A stretch of 64,000 bases of DNA from Candidatus Multivorans sp. (lineage in GTDB: Bacteria; Acidobacteriota; Thermoanaerobaculia; Multivoradales; Multivoraceae): NCBI GenBank assembly GCA_965224025.1, contig OZ245033.1:448001-512000 (forward strand), given 5' to 3'. Under the pieces are notes generated by a model. The model ran no database searches. It had not been told where the DNA came from and worked only from the letters and a program-made list of their open reading frames with translations. Shown here piece by piece: positions 63,724 to 64,000 of this stretch. The number at the start of each line of letters is the position of its first letter. The stretch's first letter is position 1. The position numbers were made by a program, and so were the translations under genes.

Positions 63724-64000
63724 CGGACTTGCCGGGCAAAGCGTAGTCCCATCCAAAGTTGAGCCAACGGGCAAGGCTGGCGACCGCACCTCTTGATCTC
63801 CTACTACGCCGGGTTCTATAGTCAGGGAGCCCCACTTTCACGTTGAGCCCCGGCGCTACAAGGAGACTTGACGCATGGATCGAAGGAAGTGGAACGGCAG
63901 GTACCTGGCCTCCAACGAGAGCTGTTCGTTCGACACGGCCGAGCCTTCCTCCTGTGTCACCCCGCCGCCGCCAGGAGCGGAGCTGCTTGCGGCGGTTCCC

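Noticed and set aside
63875-64000. ORF starting at the right edge
   Set aside because: Has an AAGGAG RBS but only about 42 codons are visible and none is recognisable

Overview
High-GC (roughly 70% by eye) bacterial chromosome segment. The gene repertoire looks Acidobacteriota-like and possibly host-associated; this is inference only. The right end is an intact housekeeping block: phosphomannomutase, type-2 ileS, rlmH, a dksA/traR gene with a very long Ala/Lys extension, holA, mutM and an MNT-HEPN toxin-antitoxin pair. The rest is accessory: a Czc/Cus-type RND efflux operon, hydrolases, an ABC exporter, an acyl-CoA dehydrogenase pair, AbgT, a cytochrome-c/copper monooxygenase and tRNA-Arg(ACG). 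Many accessory genes are broken by deletions or frameshifts. Main observations: (1) a complete IS1595 element (24-bp TIRs, 8-bp target duplication) carrying a DNA methyltransferase/Mrr-like nuclease passenger and a micro-ORF; (2) a 23-nt tandem direct-repeat array that abuts the start codon of an AAA-ATPase/DUF4143 nuclease gene and contains a predicted promoter, downstream of a decayed sacsin-like ATPase/helicase gene; (3) several palindromic REP-like repeat families, some inserted in frame inside protein-coding genes, with compensatory stem changes and nesting; (4) a tyrosine-recombinase module bracketed by 89-bp direct repeats; (5) apparent CTG start codons and leaderless genes; (6) a group II intron 3' remnant. 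All family assignments come from motif recognition, not database searches.
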